In this document: positions 37,480 through 49,868 of the stretch, piece after piece
How positions within the stretch are numbered: the stretch's first letter is position 1
Layout: each line of letters opens with the position of its first letter
Assembly: GCF_006345805.1 (NCBI RefSeq)
Contig: NC_042997.1
Span: forward strand, 110,794,001 to 110,858,000
Direction of reading: 5' to 3'
Length of the DNA stretch: 64,000 bases
DNA from: Octopus sinensis
Taxonomy: Eukaryota
Translations under genes and position numbers: made by a program
The notes under the pieces: model-generated
What the model saw: the letters and a program-made list of their open reading frames with translations, nothing else
What the model was told of the DNA's origin: nothing
Database searches by the model: none

Positions 37480-37812
37480 TTGAGAGCTCAAAATCTCTCG
37501 TGGAAGCGTCATCCAACCAAAGTACAAATATATGGGAAATTACCACCTGTATCATCTCTTGTGAAAGGTAGAAGAGTCCAGTTTGCTGGACATTGTTGTA
37601 GAGCTGAAAACGAGGTTAATTTCTACTCTTCTCCTCTAGAAGCCATCTGCTCACAATACCAGAGGGCGCACACTCTCCTACCCTGATGTAATCTCCAGGG
37701 ATACAGGCATCCAGCAACGGGACCTCCATAATGCTATGATGGACCGTGAAGTCTGGCGTAACATAGTAAATTCCATTGTCTCGACCACGGTCGAACAATG
37801 AATGAATGAATG
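37480..37812 (+). mobile_element. RTE-like LINE 3' end
   Basis: MRAQNLSWKRHPTKVQIYGKLPPVSSLVKGRRVQFAGHC...AMMDREVWRNIV followed by a (GAAT)n tail. Confidence 0.75.
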
Positions 37813-37994
37813 TGGTTTGCTCATGATGTCTGCTCACCTACCTAGCGACTTGGTTTTGAATCATCACTACAAACACTCCCACCCAAGTTTAGACTTACAC
37901 TCTGTGTGTGGCATGAAAAACAGGCATTAAACAATGATGAGGATGATGATGATGATGATGATATATATTTATATATATATATGTGAATGTACAT

Positions 37995-38310
37995 GACTTA
38001 ATAGTTTGGGCATTTGGCTCATGATCGTAAGGTCGTGAGTTCAATTCCCAACAACACATTGTGTCCTTGAGCAAGACACTTTATTTCATGTTGCTCCAGT
38101 CCACTCAGCTGGCAAAAATTAGTTGTACCTGTAATTACAAAGGGCCAGCCTTGTCACACTCTGTGTCACATTGAATCTCCCTGAGGACTACGTTAAGGGT
38201 TACACATGTCAGTGGAGTACTCGGCCACATGCATGTTAATGTCACAAGCAGACTGTTCCATTGATTGGATCAACTGGAACCCTCATCATTGTAACCAACA
38301 GAGTGCTCTT
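37995..38310 (+). mobile_element. tRNA-derived SINE, family D (GTGTCCTTGAGCAAGACACTT core)
   Basis: B-box GAGTTCAATTCC, conserved body. Related copies at 3655-3930+, 8615-8945-, 17060-17350-, 26480-26725+, 40570-40865-. Confidence 0.75.
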
Positions 38311-38528
38311 TTATGTGTGTATATATATATATATATATATTCTCCATGACAGATCGGTAGCCATTACACACATTTTTTTTTCTCTCCTTGTTTTTTTTCT
38401 GTGTCCCTTTCTGTAGAAGAGCGTAGGCTCGAAGTGTTAAAGACTTTTTCAATTTCCGAGCGTTATACTAATACATCTGTTTGTTTTGTACACCACCTGT
38501 CTTCGTCTTTTTTTTTTTTATGAACTCT

Positions 38529-38568
<40 letters not shown>

Positions 38569-39256
38569 TAATGTTATGTGTGTAGGATATATTATAATAT
38601 ACAGGGCAAATTACCATATTTGCTTGTGTCAAAGTCCCTCTTAAAGTGTGAATCATTCTATTCATTAAGAATGTATTTAGGAATTCTTCCATTATATAAC
38701 ATGTCCTTTCTTTAAAATGGAGATTGTTATTTGGTAGAAATTTAACTCTTATTTCTAGTAGTTCCCTCACCATGTGGAGATTCCATCAAAAGCTTGTATC
38801 TCCCAGTTGTAGGTCGGTATTTTTGGTTAGCAGTAAGTGCCAAGAAATGGTGAGAGTCTTATAAAGAAATCAGACTAAACATGAACAGTCAGGAAGTTGG
38901 AACTCATTAAATTCCAATTTTTAATTTCTTCAGAGAATAACGAAGATTCTTAATACAGTTTTATGTATATTTTTTCCTTTACATTTTGGTAAGTAGGTTT
39001 TTTTCTTTTTCCTCAAGGCTTACTGAAATACATTTTCCCATCCTTTTATAAGGAATAGCTTATTGGCGTTGAACTGGACAAAATGTTTAGTGGTATTTCG
39101 CCCATGGCTAAGTTCTGAGTTCAAAATCCGCCAAGATTGACATTGCCTTTCATCCTTTTGGGGTCATTAAAGTAAGTACAAGTGAAATACTGAGGTTGAT
39201 GTAATCAACTAGTCCCCTCCCCGCAAATTTCTGGCCTTGTGCCTTTAGTAGAAAGG

Positions 39257-39292
<36 letters not shown>

Positions 39293-39494
39293 GCTCGTCA
39301 CTATGTTGTGAGTTCAAATTTCACCAATGTCGACTTTGCCTTTCATCCTTTTGGGGTTGATAAATTTAGTACCAGTGAAACACTGGGGTCAATGTAATCG
39401 ACTAGTCTCAGGTCGATTAAATAAGTACTAGAGTCAATGTGATCGACTTAATCCCTACTCCAAAATTTGAGGCCTTGTGCTTCCAGTAGAAAGA

Positions 39495-39960
39495 ATTATT
39501 AAAGTTGAAAAAGTGCGACACACTGACATTAAAAGAGTCTTAAAAGAAGAAACAGTGGATTGGCATGTTAGAAGTATTGGCAAATTCCAAGAAGCATGAA
39601 ATTTTAGAAGAATGGAATGTCTTAACGAAGAACTGATGTGGGCAGTTTATTCCATGATTTGACGAATCTGAGCGTAAAAAAAAGGTTTCTGAAAATCAAA
39701 GGTGTTGCACTGCTTTTATATATTTTTATAAGTTTGTCTATGAGTGGTAGACATATTGAATTAAAAAAGCTGGCCAAAGTCGTTGATGGAAGAATGGCAG
39801 ATAATCTTGTGGGCTTCTACCAAGTCAGCTGCAAGACATCGGAACTTTAATGAGTTGATGCCCAGAAAAGTAAAATGTTCAAGATAAGGAAAATGACCGA
39901 CAAAGGGTATCTGGTCACACATCTCTAGACAGCTTGCAGTAAATCGATATCCTAGATGAA
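39495..39960 (-). mobile_element. CR1/L2-type LINE 3' fragment
   Basis: LGINSLKFRCLAADLVEAHKII, and FFTLRFVKSWNKLP in another frame. Confidence 0.65.
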
Positions 39961-42502
39961 AGACAAAATGGTAAATCAAGGAAAAAAGAGGCAAATTTAT
40001 CCTCCTCCTCATCATCATAATCATCATCATTATAATCATCATCATCATCATCATCACCATCATCATGGTTTTATATCCGTTTTCCATGCTGGCAAGGGTT
40101 GGATGGTTTGACATGGAGCTGGTAAGGCCAGGAGTCATGCCTAGTTCCATTGTCTGTTTTGGCAGGGTTTCTATGGTTGGGTACTCTTCCTAATGCCGAC
40201 CCTCTTACAGAATGGACTGAGTGTTGTTTACCTGGCACCAGCACCAACAGGGTCACCAAGTGTCTTGCAAGGCAGAAAATAAAACTTCATTATTTTTTTT
40301 AAAAAAAGCAGGGTCTGCTCTGTTGGAAGCATTAGGTCCAGAGAGGTCCCTATTTTAAGGATTCCTCCCTCCCACCCTCTAACCCATTTCAGAAACCCTA
40401 TAAAAGGAACATAGACATTACTTATGTATATTCTCATCAATTTCGTTTATATACAAACTATACGATTGTCATAACAGCATCGGTTCAACTAAAAGCCTAT
40501 GACGAAGTCTTTCATGTTTAAAGAGATGAAGAGGATAAGATAACAGACATGCTGTTGCTTATGGCAACAAGGGCTCCAGGTGATCTGATCAAAGGAATAG
40601 GCTGCTCAGGAAATTAACATGCAAACAGCTGAGCCCCCATTCCACAGACACATGTACCCTTAATGTAGTTCTCAAGGAGATTCTGTGTGACACAGAATGT
40701 GACAAGGCTGGCCCCTTTGGAATTACAGGTACAACTCATCAAAGCCAGCTGAGTGGACTGTAGCAATGAGAAGAAATAAAGTGTCTTGCTACGGGACACA
40801 AGGAATTAAACTTGGGACCTTAGGATCTTGAGCCAAATACCCTAAAGCTCTAAGCAATGCACCTTCTCTCAGGATATGATGTTGTGATCCTGTGTTTCCT
40901 ACATAACTGTGTTAATGACATACCTATGTGAGAAAAAAACATACCTGAATAACCTATATAATTGTGTTAATTACTTACCCATAATTGCATCACCTACACA
41001 CCTGTATTAGCAACATACCTATATCAAACTACATACCAGTGTTAACGACAAACCGTTATTATGTTTATGATAAATGTTACAGTAAACTTCATTGTTAGTT
41101 GGCCAGCTTCAGTAGCATTTACCTGTAGATCATTTAAACACTTGTTTGATAACAAACCAGTTTTATCTGTTCAAAGAAGAGAAATACAAAACCTGTTCAG
41201 TTGTATTGAATAATTTCCTTTAAGGAATTGGATTTGGGCATGGTACATTTTATTCTAAAATCAAGTAGAAGCAGATTTGAAATACAAACAGCCTTGAAGT
41301 ACTTTGCTGATAAATAAATGAGAGACAGAAAGAGACATAGTCTTAATACAGGGAAGTGTGTGTTTTTGGCAAAAGAAAGATGAGAGACTTTCTTTAACCT
41401 GAATTAACATCCTGCACATAACTGCAGAAACAAAATCTGCTTCGCAGGATGCAAACTCAAGTCCAAAATTTTTTTTTTAAATGGTTCATTTTCTTTTCAA
41501 TCTTAATATCAAAACAAATACAGGTATAATAATGAAAGTAATAACAATAATATTTTTAAAGGATTGACGTAACGCCTCACAAAGGTAAACAGACAATATG
41601 AAGAGTGCAATGTGATTGCAATAGATGTTTTATTGATTGAACGATATTTCGACAGCTTGCGTGTCGTTGTCAAGTTCAAAATGAAAAGTGATACATAGAA
41701 ATTCAAAATTATAGAAATTCAAATCCAAAATTTGAACGAGGGCAACCAGCGTTCTCACGTCGATGGAATGACATCATCAGTCTGCAATTTTCAAGTTTAC
41801 AACTGGCAAAAACAAAGAAAGAAAGAGAAAAAGAAAAGGAAAAAGAGGAATCTTTAATAAAGCAGTTTTGTGTAAATATGATGAAAGTCTGTCATTTTAT
41901 TCATTCCTGCAAGGTGTGAAAGGTGTGATGTTAATAACTCACAAACATATTTCTCCTCATGCATTTTGAGGATTGAAAGTGTAGTAGATTCAACACAAAG
42001 AGTGTTATGCAATTTCAATGAATGTTTTATTGGTTGAATCTTGGCCGAATTAATTCCTATTAATTTCAGCCAAGGTAGCAAGCTGGCAGAATTGTTACCA
42101 CATTGGACAAAATGCTTTGTGGCATTTCTTCTGACTTTTACATCTTGAGTTCAAATTTCCTCAAGGTCGACTTTGCCTTTCATTCCTTCCAGGGTCAATA
42201 AAGTAAGAACCAGTCAAGCACTGCCATTGATGTAATTCCCCAAGCAAATTCCAGGAGTTGTGCTTCTGTTGGAAAGGCTTATTAATTCCTGTTAATCAAA
42301 CAAAAGAAGTAACTTCCTGGTTGACTTGACTTTCCACAGATGAATGGACAACAACCAAAATGAGTGGAACCAGATATGTTGGGTGTTTCTTTGTTTCCCT
42401 CAGGAAAATGGAAATATTAAAGACAAGCCGGCGCTATGAATCTGAAATTGTAGATGGTAGAGGGTGCTGGCTAGGGAATCACAAGTAGGAAATTATCGTT
42501 AT

Positions 42503-43080
42503 TTAACACGTTGACTGCCAACTATAAGTCATCTCGTAGTTGGCAATCTATACAATTTTGCCAGGTACGAGCATACTCATAGAGGTCTATTTTATTGTAA
42601 CATGCTTAAAATGAACTGGCACCTGGATCTAATATTGTGAGTGTGTTGTGGAAACACTAAAGACTCCTTTTTGCCCAATGATACGAGTTAACTCGTATCG
42701 TGGCACCTGCCTGGAAATATATTTGGTAAAACATCTATATATATCAGGTATGAGTATTAGATGTCGATGCAGTTGGTGCTGGAGAACTGTGTTGTCTCTT
42801 ACGACCCCGAGCAGCTAATTGTTCATCTTTGTCAGTAGAACTGGCCTCACTGGTGTTACTTCCACTGGTGTTAGCTACATAATTTTTATCCAAAGCATCT
42901 GAGTATTCACTCTCTGACTCTGAGATATCATCTTCCGATAGTTCATTTTCCGTGAGTTCATCATAAAGAAAACATTATACAATGAAGAGACATAGTCAAA
43001 TAATGAATAGCATACCCTCAAAGCCTTCAAAGCAAACCAATCTGAGCATTTTGCATTGCTACAAGATAACTCATATCACT
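42503..43080 (-). mobile_element. piggyBac-like non-autonomous relic
   Basis: TTAA followed by CACGTTGACTGCCA terminus; repeated subterminal motif ACGAGTTAxCTCGT (perfect palindrome GATACGAGTTAACTCGTATC at 42680-42699); minus-strand acidic stretch DELTENELSEDDISESESEYSD typical of piggyBac transposase N-termini. Confidence 0.55.
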
Positions 43081-44411
43081 TCATTGTAGTGTAATTACAT
43101 GTATAAAGTACCATACGAGTGAGATTGTTGCCAGAGCAACAAGCTGGCCTTCATGCTGATGGCACGTGAAGCACACCATTCGAGCGTGATTGTTACCACA
43201 TCGCCTTACTAGCACTTGTGCTGGTGGCACATGAAACATTCGAGCAAGGTTGTCGCTAGTGCTGCTGGACTGGCTCCTGTGCAGGTGGCACTTAAAATGC
43301 ACCATTTGGGTGTGGCCATTGCCAGCACCACCAAACTGGCCCTTGTGCCGGTGGCACGTAAAAGCACCCACTACACTCTCAGAGTGGTTGGTGTTAGGAA
43401 GGGCATCCAGCTGTAGAAACTCTGCCAGATCAGATTGGAGTCTGGTTCGCCAGACCTCAGTAAAATCATCCCACCCATGCTAGCATGGAAAGTGGACATT
43501 AAATGATGATGATGATGATGATGAATGTACCTATATACCACCACACCAAATATTTCAGCTTTCTGATTTGAGAAAGTTAATAAAACCCTTTTGGCAAATA
43601 GAAGCAGATCATATCGATATCCTGTGGCAGGCAACTTGTTAAGATGAATTCAAATATTTTGCTATTATCCATCACCCCACCCATTTATTCCACCGTTTCT
43701 TCCTGGGTGGGTCATGGGAAAAGAGTTCTGGGACACCTCCTCCATTGGGTCCTATCAGAAGCTGCTATCATCACACTTTCCAGATTCACTCTTTCTCTGT
43801 TTCTCATTTTTGCCAGTAAGTTTAGATTTTCAAGTGTGACCAACTGGAACCAAGGATATTATCCAAATATCTTGTTCTTGGTCTACCCCCAGGTTTCTTT
43901 TAAGCCTGGCACCCATTCTATTCAGGGGAAATGTTAGCCTCCTCACCTAGCCAGTGGCCAACATTCCCCCTGTTCCAGTTCGCTTCTACTTGAAGTAGAT
44001 GTTGTATTAGAACACAAAATACTTTGTTATTTACCTCGAGATGACTCCTCATATCGACTTGTGGACACTGAGATTCTATATATCATTGAGAGGAGAATCA
44101 GCTGCTATGTCTAGCTGGACGTCTCTCGTCGACAAGCCCAAGGAAGGGCAAAATCTCATGATTTGGCAGTTCTGGTGACTGAAGTGGATGGTTCTCACCT
44201 GCCAGCAATATAAACATGAGTGCTTATAAGCACCGCAAATCCATGTAGGAGGTTCTCTTGTGGTAACTATCACAGTATTCCATGTTACGTCACTACATCC
44301 ACATTGAAGTGGGAGGTGGATGCTACCTTTTGGTATTGGTTCTGCTTCTGTGGCTATTAGTTATGTTTTTAATAAGCCCGCTGGATATTTGCGACACCAG
44401 TGCCTGAGAGC

Positions 44412-44675
44412 TACTACTACCAACACCACCACCACTACCACTTCCACCACCACCATTACCACCACCAACACCACCATTACCACCACCACCACCACCACTA
44501 ATACCACCACCACCACCACCATTACTACTACCACCACCACCACCACTATTACTATAAATACCACCACAACCACTACCACCACCACAACCACTACCACTAC
44601 CACCACCACCACCACCATTACCACCACCACCACCACCATCACTACCACTATCACCCCTACTACCCCCCCCCCCTG
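44412..44675. repeat. (ACC/ACT)n trinucleotide repeat
   Basis: Direct reading. Confidence 0.9.
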
Positions 44676-45087
44676 CTGAGATCAACTTTACTGCTCCTCT
44701 TTTCAGGATCATCATCATAAGCCCCAGTCGAGGACTGAATGAGGCTCAGTGTTTAACTTGAAGGAAATTCCTCATTTCTGAATGGAATGGTTACTATCAA
44801 GAATTTCTAAAGAGTCTGTTTTTGTTTGCAGGTGATGTTGAAGGCCACCGTTATTCCAAAGAATGTGTTAAAAATGGAGTCAATCCTTTAATCCAAATGC
44901 TGGATCAATGTGTGTGTGTGTGTGTGGTAGTGAAGATAGATAAGATTAATTGATAAAGAGGTATTAAATTATCCTAGATTTTCAGGTGTTCATTAGTGAT
45001 GTCTAGAATTAACACAATCATAAATGCTCAGGGAGATATTCAGCAGCAACACTATTATTATCATTATCATTATTATTATTATTATTG

Positions 45088-45155
<68 letters not shown>

Positions 45156-45167
45156 ATCATTATTATT

Positions 45168-46720
45168 AAATGAAAACTCACAGCTCTGTTTTGCTGGGTA
45201 TGATGGAAAGTGTCAGCTGTCTACAGCCAGCAGACAAGGGTGACATTTGTTTAGTGCTTATACTTCAAGAACCCTGCAAAGAATCTTTGCACTTCCAAGC
45301 AATGCTGATTTTTGTAGGTGTTCCATCTTCACACTTGCACCAATCTTTTTCAGCCATGTTGGTAGTTGAGTGCTGATGCTTCCAAGTGCACCAATTACTA
45401 TTGGTATCACGTCTACTCTCTTCATTGACCACATCATCATTGTTTAATGTCCGCTTTCTATATTGACATGGGTTGGACGGTTTGACTGAGGACTGGTGAG
45501 CCAGAAGGCTGCACCAGGCTCCAATCTTGATCTGGCAGAGTTTCTACAGCTGGATGCCCTTCCTAACACCAACCACTCCGAGAGTGTAGTGGGTGCTTTT
45601 ACATGCCACCGGCATGAGGACCAGTCAGGCAGTTCTGGCAACGACCATGTTGAAAAGTGTTTTTACATGCTGCCTGCACAGGAGCCAATCCGGTGGCACT
45701 GGCAACGACCACGCTCCACTTCAAATCATCGTAGTTGTTCAGTTATTCTTCTTTCCCACTGACCTGTTGTCGCTGGGAAATGCTATGCTTTCTTTTTATT
45801 CGCCACAACAATGTCTGGTCAGGTGATCACACTTAATCATTGCATCCCACAGGATTTTGCAATCTTCACTCTCAGTGACTCTCTCTGGGGTTTAATCATA
45901 CCACATCTTTGCTCTTTGTAGATCGTGATTTCCACAGGAGTGGCTGTGTGGTAAGTAGCTTGCTAACCAACCACATGGTTCCGGGTTCAGTCCCACTGCG
46001 TGGCATCTTGGGCAAGTGTCTTCTGCTATAGCCCCGGGCCGACCAATGCCTTGTGAGTGGATTTGGTAGACGGAAACTGAAAGAAGCCTGTCGTATATAT
46101 GTATATATATATATAAGTGTGTGTGTCTGTGTTTGTCCCCCTAGCATTGCTTGACAACCGATGCTGGTGTGTTTACGTCCCCGTCACTTAGCGGTTCGGC
46201 AAAAGAGACCGATAGAATAAGTACTGGGCTTACAAAGAATAAGTCCGGGATCGATTTGCTCGACTAAAGGCGGTGCTCCAGCATGGCCGCAGTCAAATGA
46301 CTGAAACAAGTAAAAGAGTAAAAGAGAGAGAGCTCCCAATGGATCATTCTTGCGACATTGTCATGTCATCTTTTGTAATCATGTTTTGCTAATTTCGGGC
46401 ACTTGCTAACGATGTGCCATACCCTTTTACCCCTCTCACCACACATTCAGCATTTCTCACTGTTGTTGATTCTGCACACCACATAGTTAGTCCTTAATGC
46501 TTCTCCTTGTGCTGCACATATGAGTGCTTCTGTCTCTATCTTTAAGGCACTCCTCCTCATCCATAGCCACTGGTCTTCTGTATCTGTTTTGGCATTTGTA
46601 TCTCTTGCAAACTGACCAAACATTTTTTCTCCTTCCATGCTGTTTCGTTTTTTGTGTTCTTTTCCGCTTCAAGTTTTTCTTTACACAATTATCAATTTTG
46701 ATGACACGGAACTTGTTTCA
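45168..46720 (-). mobile_element. Decayed R4/Dong-clade element split by two SINE insertions
   Basis: QWLWMRRSALKIETEALICAAQGEALRTNY, CCHC remnant, KILWD remnant, VIPIVIGALGSI...LQKSALLGSAKILCRVLEV*; 3' end abuts (TTA)n at about 45055-45167. Confidence 0.8.
45937..46325 (+). mobile_element. Full-length tRNA-derived SINE, family A (octopus-type)
   Basis: A-box-like TGGCTGTGTGG, B-box-like GGTTCAGTCC, body GGCAAGTGTCTTCT...GCTTGACAACCGATG...ACTGAAACAAGTAAAAGA. Inserted within the R4 relic. Other copies: 3290-3640+, 8955-9352-, 18810-19195-, 48140-48575-, 48704-49128+, 57305-57650-, 59150-59490+, 62497-62870+, plus partials. Confidence 0.85.
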
Positions 46721-46721
46721 A

Positions 46722-46760
<39 letters not shown>

Positions 46761-46956
46761 GGCGGCAAGTTGTTAGAATCATTAGCATGCTGGACAAAAT
46801 GCTTAGCGGCATTTTGTTCATCTTTACATCCTGAGTTCAAATTCCACTGAGGTTAATTTTGTCTTTCATTCTTTCAGGGTCAAAAAAATGAGTACCAGTT
46901 GTGCACTATCCCTTCCCCTCAAATTTCAGGCCTTGTGCCTATAAGTAGAAAGAATT

Positions 46957-47042
<86 letters not shown>

Positions 47043-47875
47043 CGACGTCGCACAGTATACAATTTCATGAGGTTGTTGACTGAAGATATTGTGTCTACCA
47101 GGGGTTTTGTACTGTTTGTCAAGTCATAACAAGGACCTCAGACGGACAGTACTTTAAGCAATATGCATGCAGTTCCAAGTAATGCTGACTTTTGCAATGC
47201 ACCTAGATTGTAGGGTATCTCTAAGGTTTTTTAGATGCTTTTTTTTCAGATTGGTTGGTATTGAACCTAATGCTCCGATGACAATAGGGATAACCTTTAT
47301 GTCTGACTCTCATAGCTGCCACATCTTACCGATCTCAATTCTCAGGTCTCCATATTTCTCAACCTTTTCTCTTACTTTCATGATAACATGTTGATCTCCT
47401 GGCACTACCAAGTTAATTATTAGGCACTCTTTTTTCTCCCTCCTAAAAGTTACTCTATCTGGCCTTTGGAGCTCTAACACTTTGTCTGTCTGGAAATCAA
47501 AATCCCAGAGGATTTTTGCCTTCCCCTTTTCATCCATTACCTTTACTGGTGTATGTTGGTACCAAGCCCCCCGTTACCTGATATCCGTACTTCTGGCACA
47601 GTAGCCAGTGAAGGTTTTGGGCTACCTTGTCGTGTCTGCACATGTATTCTTTCTCAACAAGACCTTCACAAGCACTAACAATGTGAGTCACACTTTTGAT
47701 CCACTTCCCACACATTCAGCAGAGGTTCATTGCACTTGTGTAATATATATCTCTTTTCACTGAGTTGATATTTAATGCGTGATCCTGGGCAGCGATGATT
47801 AAGCTTTCAGTCTTTTTTGGGTCACCCTTGCTGAGCCACCTCCATGGTGCTTCCTGGCCTTTTAATTTGTTAGTT
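47043..47875 (-). mobile_element. Decayed R4/Dong-clade element (CCHC finger plus PD-(D/E)xK endonuclease)
   Basis: TESLIIAAQDHAL, C*MCGK..SVTHIVSAC..YMCRHDKVAQNLHW, KILWDFDFQTD...RPD...EKVEKYGDLRIEIGKMW; 3' end abuts (TTA)n at 46987-47042. Confidence 0.85.
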
Positions 47876-48139
47876 TCTTTTTTATTATGGCAGCAAGCTG
47901 CCAGAATCATTAGCTTGTAGGACAAAATGCCACACAGGTAAATATCTAAAATAGGGTTATTGATTTAGTAAACAAAGAGGGATCAGCAATTTTGTAAACA
48001 GTAGCAAATGAGATCAATGAATTAATAATTCAGATTTGATTTAGTAAATAAGATCAAACATGATTAATGATTGATTGACTGATTGTCAGCCATGATAACC
48101 CACTTATCACTGGGAGTCAATAAAAAACAAAATATCATA

Positions 48140-48363
48140 CTCTTTTACTTGTTTCGGTCATTTGATTGTGGCCATGCCGGAGCACCGCCTTTAGTCGAGC
48201 ACATCGACCCCAGGACTTATTCTTTGTAAGCCTAGTACTTATTCTATCAGTCTCTTTTGCCAAACTGCTAAGTTACGGGAACGTAAACACACCAGCATCG
48301 GTTTTCAAGCGATGCTGGGGGGACAAACACGGATACACAAACACATACATACATACACACACG

Positions 48364-48397
<34 letters not shown>

Positions 48398-48871
48398 CAC
48401 ATACACACATATGATGGGCTTCTTTCAGTTTCCATCTATCAAATCCATTCACAAGGCATTGGCCAGCCCGAGGCTATAATAGAAGATACTTGCCCAAGGT
48501 GCCATGCAGTGGGACCGAACCTGGAACCATGTAGCTCATAAGCAAGCTACTTACCACACAGCCACTCCTACGCCTGTAATATATAATTCTTTTACATTTT
48601 TGATTTTGGTGGGGCGGGGGATGGGCAATTTATTTTTCTCATAAATAAGATGATGCAAAACATATTCAACAAAGACAGCATAAAAAAATCATCTTGTATA
48701 GATGTAGGTGTGGCTGTGTGGTAAGAAGTTTGCTTCCTAACCACATGGTTCTGGGTTCAGTCCCCTGCATGGCACCTTGGGCAAGTGTCTTCTATTATAG
48801 CTTTAGGCTGACCAAAGCTTTGTGAGTGGATTTGGTAGACGGAAACTGAAAGAAGCCTGTCATGTGTGTGT

Positions 48872-48904
<33 letters not shown>

Positions 48905-49128
48905 CATGTGCATGTGTGTGTGTGTGTGTTTATGTCCCCCTACCACTTTGACAACTGGTGTTGGTGTGTTTACATCCCCATGACTTAGCTGTTCAGCAAA
49001 AGAGACCTATACAATAAGTACCCAGCTTCAAGGAGAAACAAGTACTGCAGTCAATTCGTTTGATTAAAGTTCCTGAAAGTGGTGCCCCAGCATGGCCACT
49101 GTCTCAGGACTGAATCAAGTAAAAGATA
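48140..49128. mobile_element. Head-to-head inverted pair of SINE family A copies
   Basis: 48140-48575 (minus) and 48704-49128 (plus). Confidence 0.8.
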
Positions 49129-49139
49129 GAAGATGGAAG

Positions 49140-49868
49140 TGTCTTAGTTTCTAACAGGACGCTAGAAGAAGCTCAGACACAATGAAGATAAATACCAGTT
49201 CGTAGTCAGGTACACATTAGTTGAAGTCCTGTAACAAGAAGTTGAAGTGAAAAAGGCAGAGCCGGTTAAACACGTGTTGTGTAAGCGGCTGTGGCTACTA
49301 TGCTGTGCCAGTTACTTGATACAGGAGGATTTTGCAGGTAGTTCTGGCTGTTAACCTTGGTGAAGTATTCACAAACAGCGTAGAGTTAAACCTTGGTGAA
49401 TGTTGCTATGTACTTAGAGATGTTGTTGGCGTTGATAAGATGAAGGCGACGTTAAGATGAAGGCAACAGAGGTGAAGGTCCAGAAATGCTGTTAGTGTAG
49501 TCTGTCGTTGAAACTATCTGTCTGTTGCTGGAACTGACTGTCTGTCGCTGGAACTGGCCGAGTGCCCTGTAGTCAGTGGTCTAGAACCAAAGACGCTTAA
49601 CTTGATGAATCGCTGTGTTTTATAGCAAATTATAGGCTCAAATGGAACTTTAGAAAAACTGTGTCACGGGACCTTATCAGAAGGCTGCAATTGGTTGGGT
49701 CGCACATTGGCGCATAATAGAGCAAGAGACAAACTGCGCCAATACCAACCAATCAGAGTAGTGGACACAACATGGTCCAAGCAGCTGAAGGTTAGCTGTT
49801 ATCTGCTATGTCTGTATTTATGTTATATTTAACTGAGAGAGAGAGAATTTCACTAAGTGTTCGCTACA
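49140..49868 (-). mobile_element. Possible solo LTR
   Basis: Unique about 730-bp block bounded by TG...CA between SINE pieces; minus strand begins TGTAGCG, with CCAAT boxes, TATAAAA (plus 49618-49624) and short internal repeats. No TSD seen. Confidence 0.4.

Noticed and set aside
42403-44900. Isolated plus-strand acceptor-like sites (42403, 44831) as coding exons
   Set aside because: No consistent reading frame or recognisable product; non-coding exons cannot be excluded.
45937-46010. tRNA genes
   Set aside because: The A/B-box heads belong to SINEs and do not fold into complete cloverleaves.
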